From: Candidatus Eiseniibacteriota bacterium
GTDB taxonomy: Bacteria > Eisenbacteria > RBG-16-71-46
DNA: 39,774 bases
Assembly (NCBI GenBank): GCA_044222065.1
Contig: JBGAOA010000040.1
Coordinates: 1 to 39,774, forward strand
Direction of reading: 5' to 3'
In this document: one piece after another, positions 38,945 to 39,774 of the stretch
Position numbering within the stretch: the stretch's first letter is position 1
How the letters are laid out: the number at the start of each line of letters is the position of its first letter
Notes under the pieces: generated by a model
Database searches by the model: none
Seen by the model: only the letters and a program-made list of their open reading frames with translations
Told to the model about the DNA's origin: nothing
Program-made: the position numbers and the translations under genes

Positions 38945-39774
38945 CCCCGCACCCACGATCCCGCCGAACGCTCGCCCTCGCGGCGGCGCTCGTCGCCCTG
39001 CTCGTCGCACCGTCGCTCCGAGCCGCTCCGAAGGGCGGCGCCGAAATCGAGCCGAACTCCGCGGGCTCCGAAACCGCGACCGACGCGCGCAATCGTGAAG
39101 AGGTCGCGCGCCGCTCCGCCGCGCCGAAGGCGAAGGCGTGGACCGCGCGGCAGATCCGCGACGCCGCGCTGACCGCGACGCGCACCGCGAGCGCCGAGTC
39201 CACCGCGCTCGCGATCCTCGAGTACCTGGGCAACGGCGGCGATCCCGCGCACGCCGAGGTGCTGCGCTGGACCGACATCCAGGCGCGCTACCTCGTCGGC
39301 GGACACTCGAGCGTGGCGCACAACGGCCTCGGCCGCCTGCTCGCCGAAGTGCGGGGCGACACGCTCGCGACGATCGGCTACATCCTCGAGACCGCGCAGC
39401 GGATCGCGGACCAGCTCGGCGCCGACGGCTACGTGAAGTCGTACGGCAATCGCATCCTGAACCTCGCGCCGAAGCTCGCGGAGCCGGGCCCGTTCGCGGC
39501 GCTCGCGTGGGGCTACCTCGGCCGCTACGACATCGGTGCTTCGAAGGACAGCGCGATCGCGCGGCTCGAGCGCTCGACCGCGAGCGCCGCCGACCGGCCG
39601 CGGCTCCTGCGCTGGCTCGGCCGCGCGTACGAAGACGCGGGCCGCACCGACGACGCGCTCAACGCCTACCTCGCGAGCCTCGGCGCGTACCCGGGCACGG
39701 ACAGCACGGCGCGCGAGGCGGCGCAGAAGCTGTGGAGCGCGAAGCACGGCGGCCTCGAAGGCTACGGCGCGCGC
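38941..39774 (+). CDS. Exported TPR protein, paralogue of the preceding gene, truncated by the window edge (absent from the ORF track)
   Basis: ATGA overlap with the upstream stop. MTPHPRSRRTLALAAALVALLVAPSLRA signal, open to the end. LGRAYEDAGRTDDALNAYL..QKLWSAKHGGLEG aligns with RKLWTKRHGSLAG upstream. Confidence 0.82.
   Translation, partial: MTPHPRSRRTLALAAALVALLVAPSLRAAPKGGAEIEPNSAGSETATDARNREEVARRSAAPKAKAWTARQIRDAALTATRTASAESTALAILEYLGNGGDPAHAEVLRWTDIQARYLVGGHSSVAHNGLGRLLAEVRGDTLATIGYILETAQRIADQLGADGYVKSYGNRILNLAPKLAEPGPFAALAWGYLGRYDIGASKDSAIARLERSTASAADRPRLLRWLGRAYEDAGRTDDALNAYLASLGAYPGTDSTAREAAQKLWSAKHGGLEGYGAR

Overview
High-GC (roughly 70% by eye) diderm bacterial DNA. The T9SS-type C-terminal domains, a PorV-like barrel and a C-terminal 'TWGxVKALYR' tail suggest an FCB-group candidate lineage such as Eisenbacteria (inference). 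1) 153-19651 (minus strand): an 11-gene glycan-utilisation locus, probably for beta-1,2-glucan, with most junctions translationally coupled. Order: tandem CBM9-like secreted protein, TonB-dependent receptor, ~1090-aa CTD protein, PorV-like barrel, GH144 with CTD, LacI, GH144 lipoprotein, ABC binding protein, two permeases (no ATPase), and a discoidin plus (alpha/alpha)6 glycosidase-like protein. There is no SusD. 2) 19652-20447: a divergent control region with two LacI-type operators, each lying over the -10 position of a promoter, and a structured leader or sRNA ending in a terminator upstream of a secreted TWG-tail protein. 3) 21355-31226: thpR-cinA and pgpA separated by a ~7.6 kb accessory block (TBDR, YfiR, hybrid kinase, YbaK, alpha/beta hydrolase, TolB-like propeller). 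4) 31232-37417: tRNA-Ser, tRNA-Ala, ffs, dnaX (frame-broken, probably by sequence error), ybaB, recR, a CNNM/CBS protein, mglB and mglA. 5) 37706-end: two tandem TPR paralogues, the first with a TlpA redoxin domain. No CRISPR array, integrase or IS element was seen. The best candidates for an undescribed system are the SusD-less TBDR/CTD-protein/PorV uptake module and the LacI-controlled RNA element with its TWG-tail protein.
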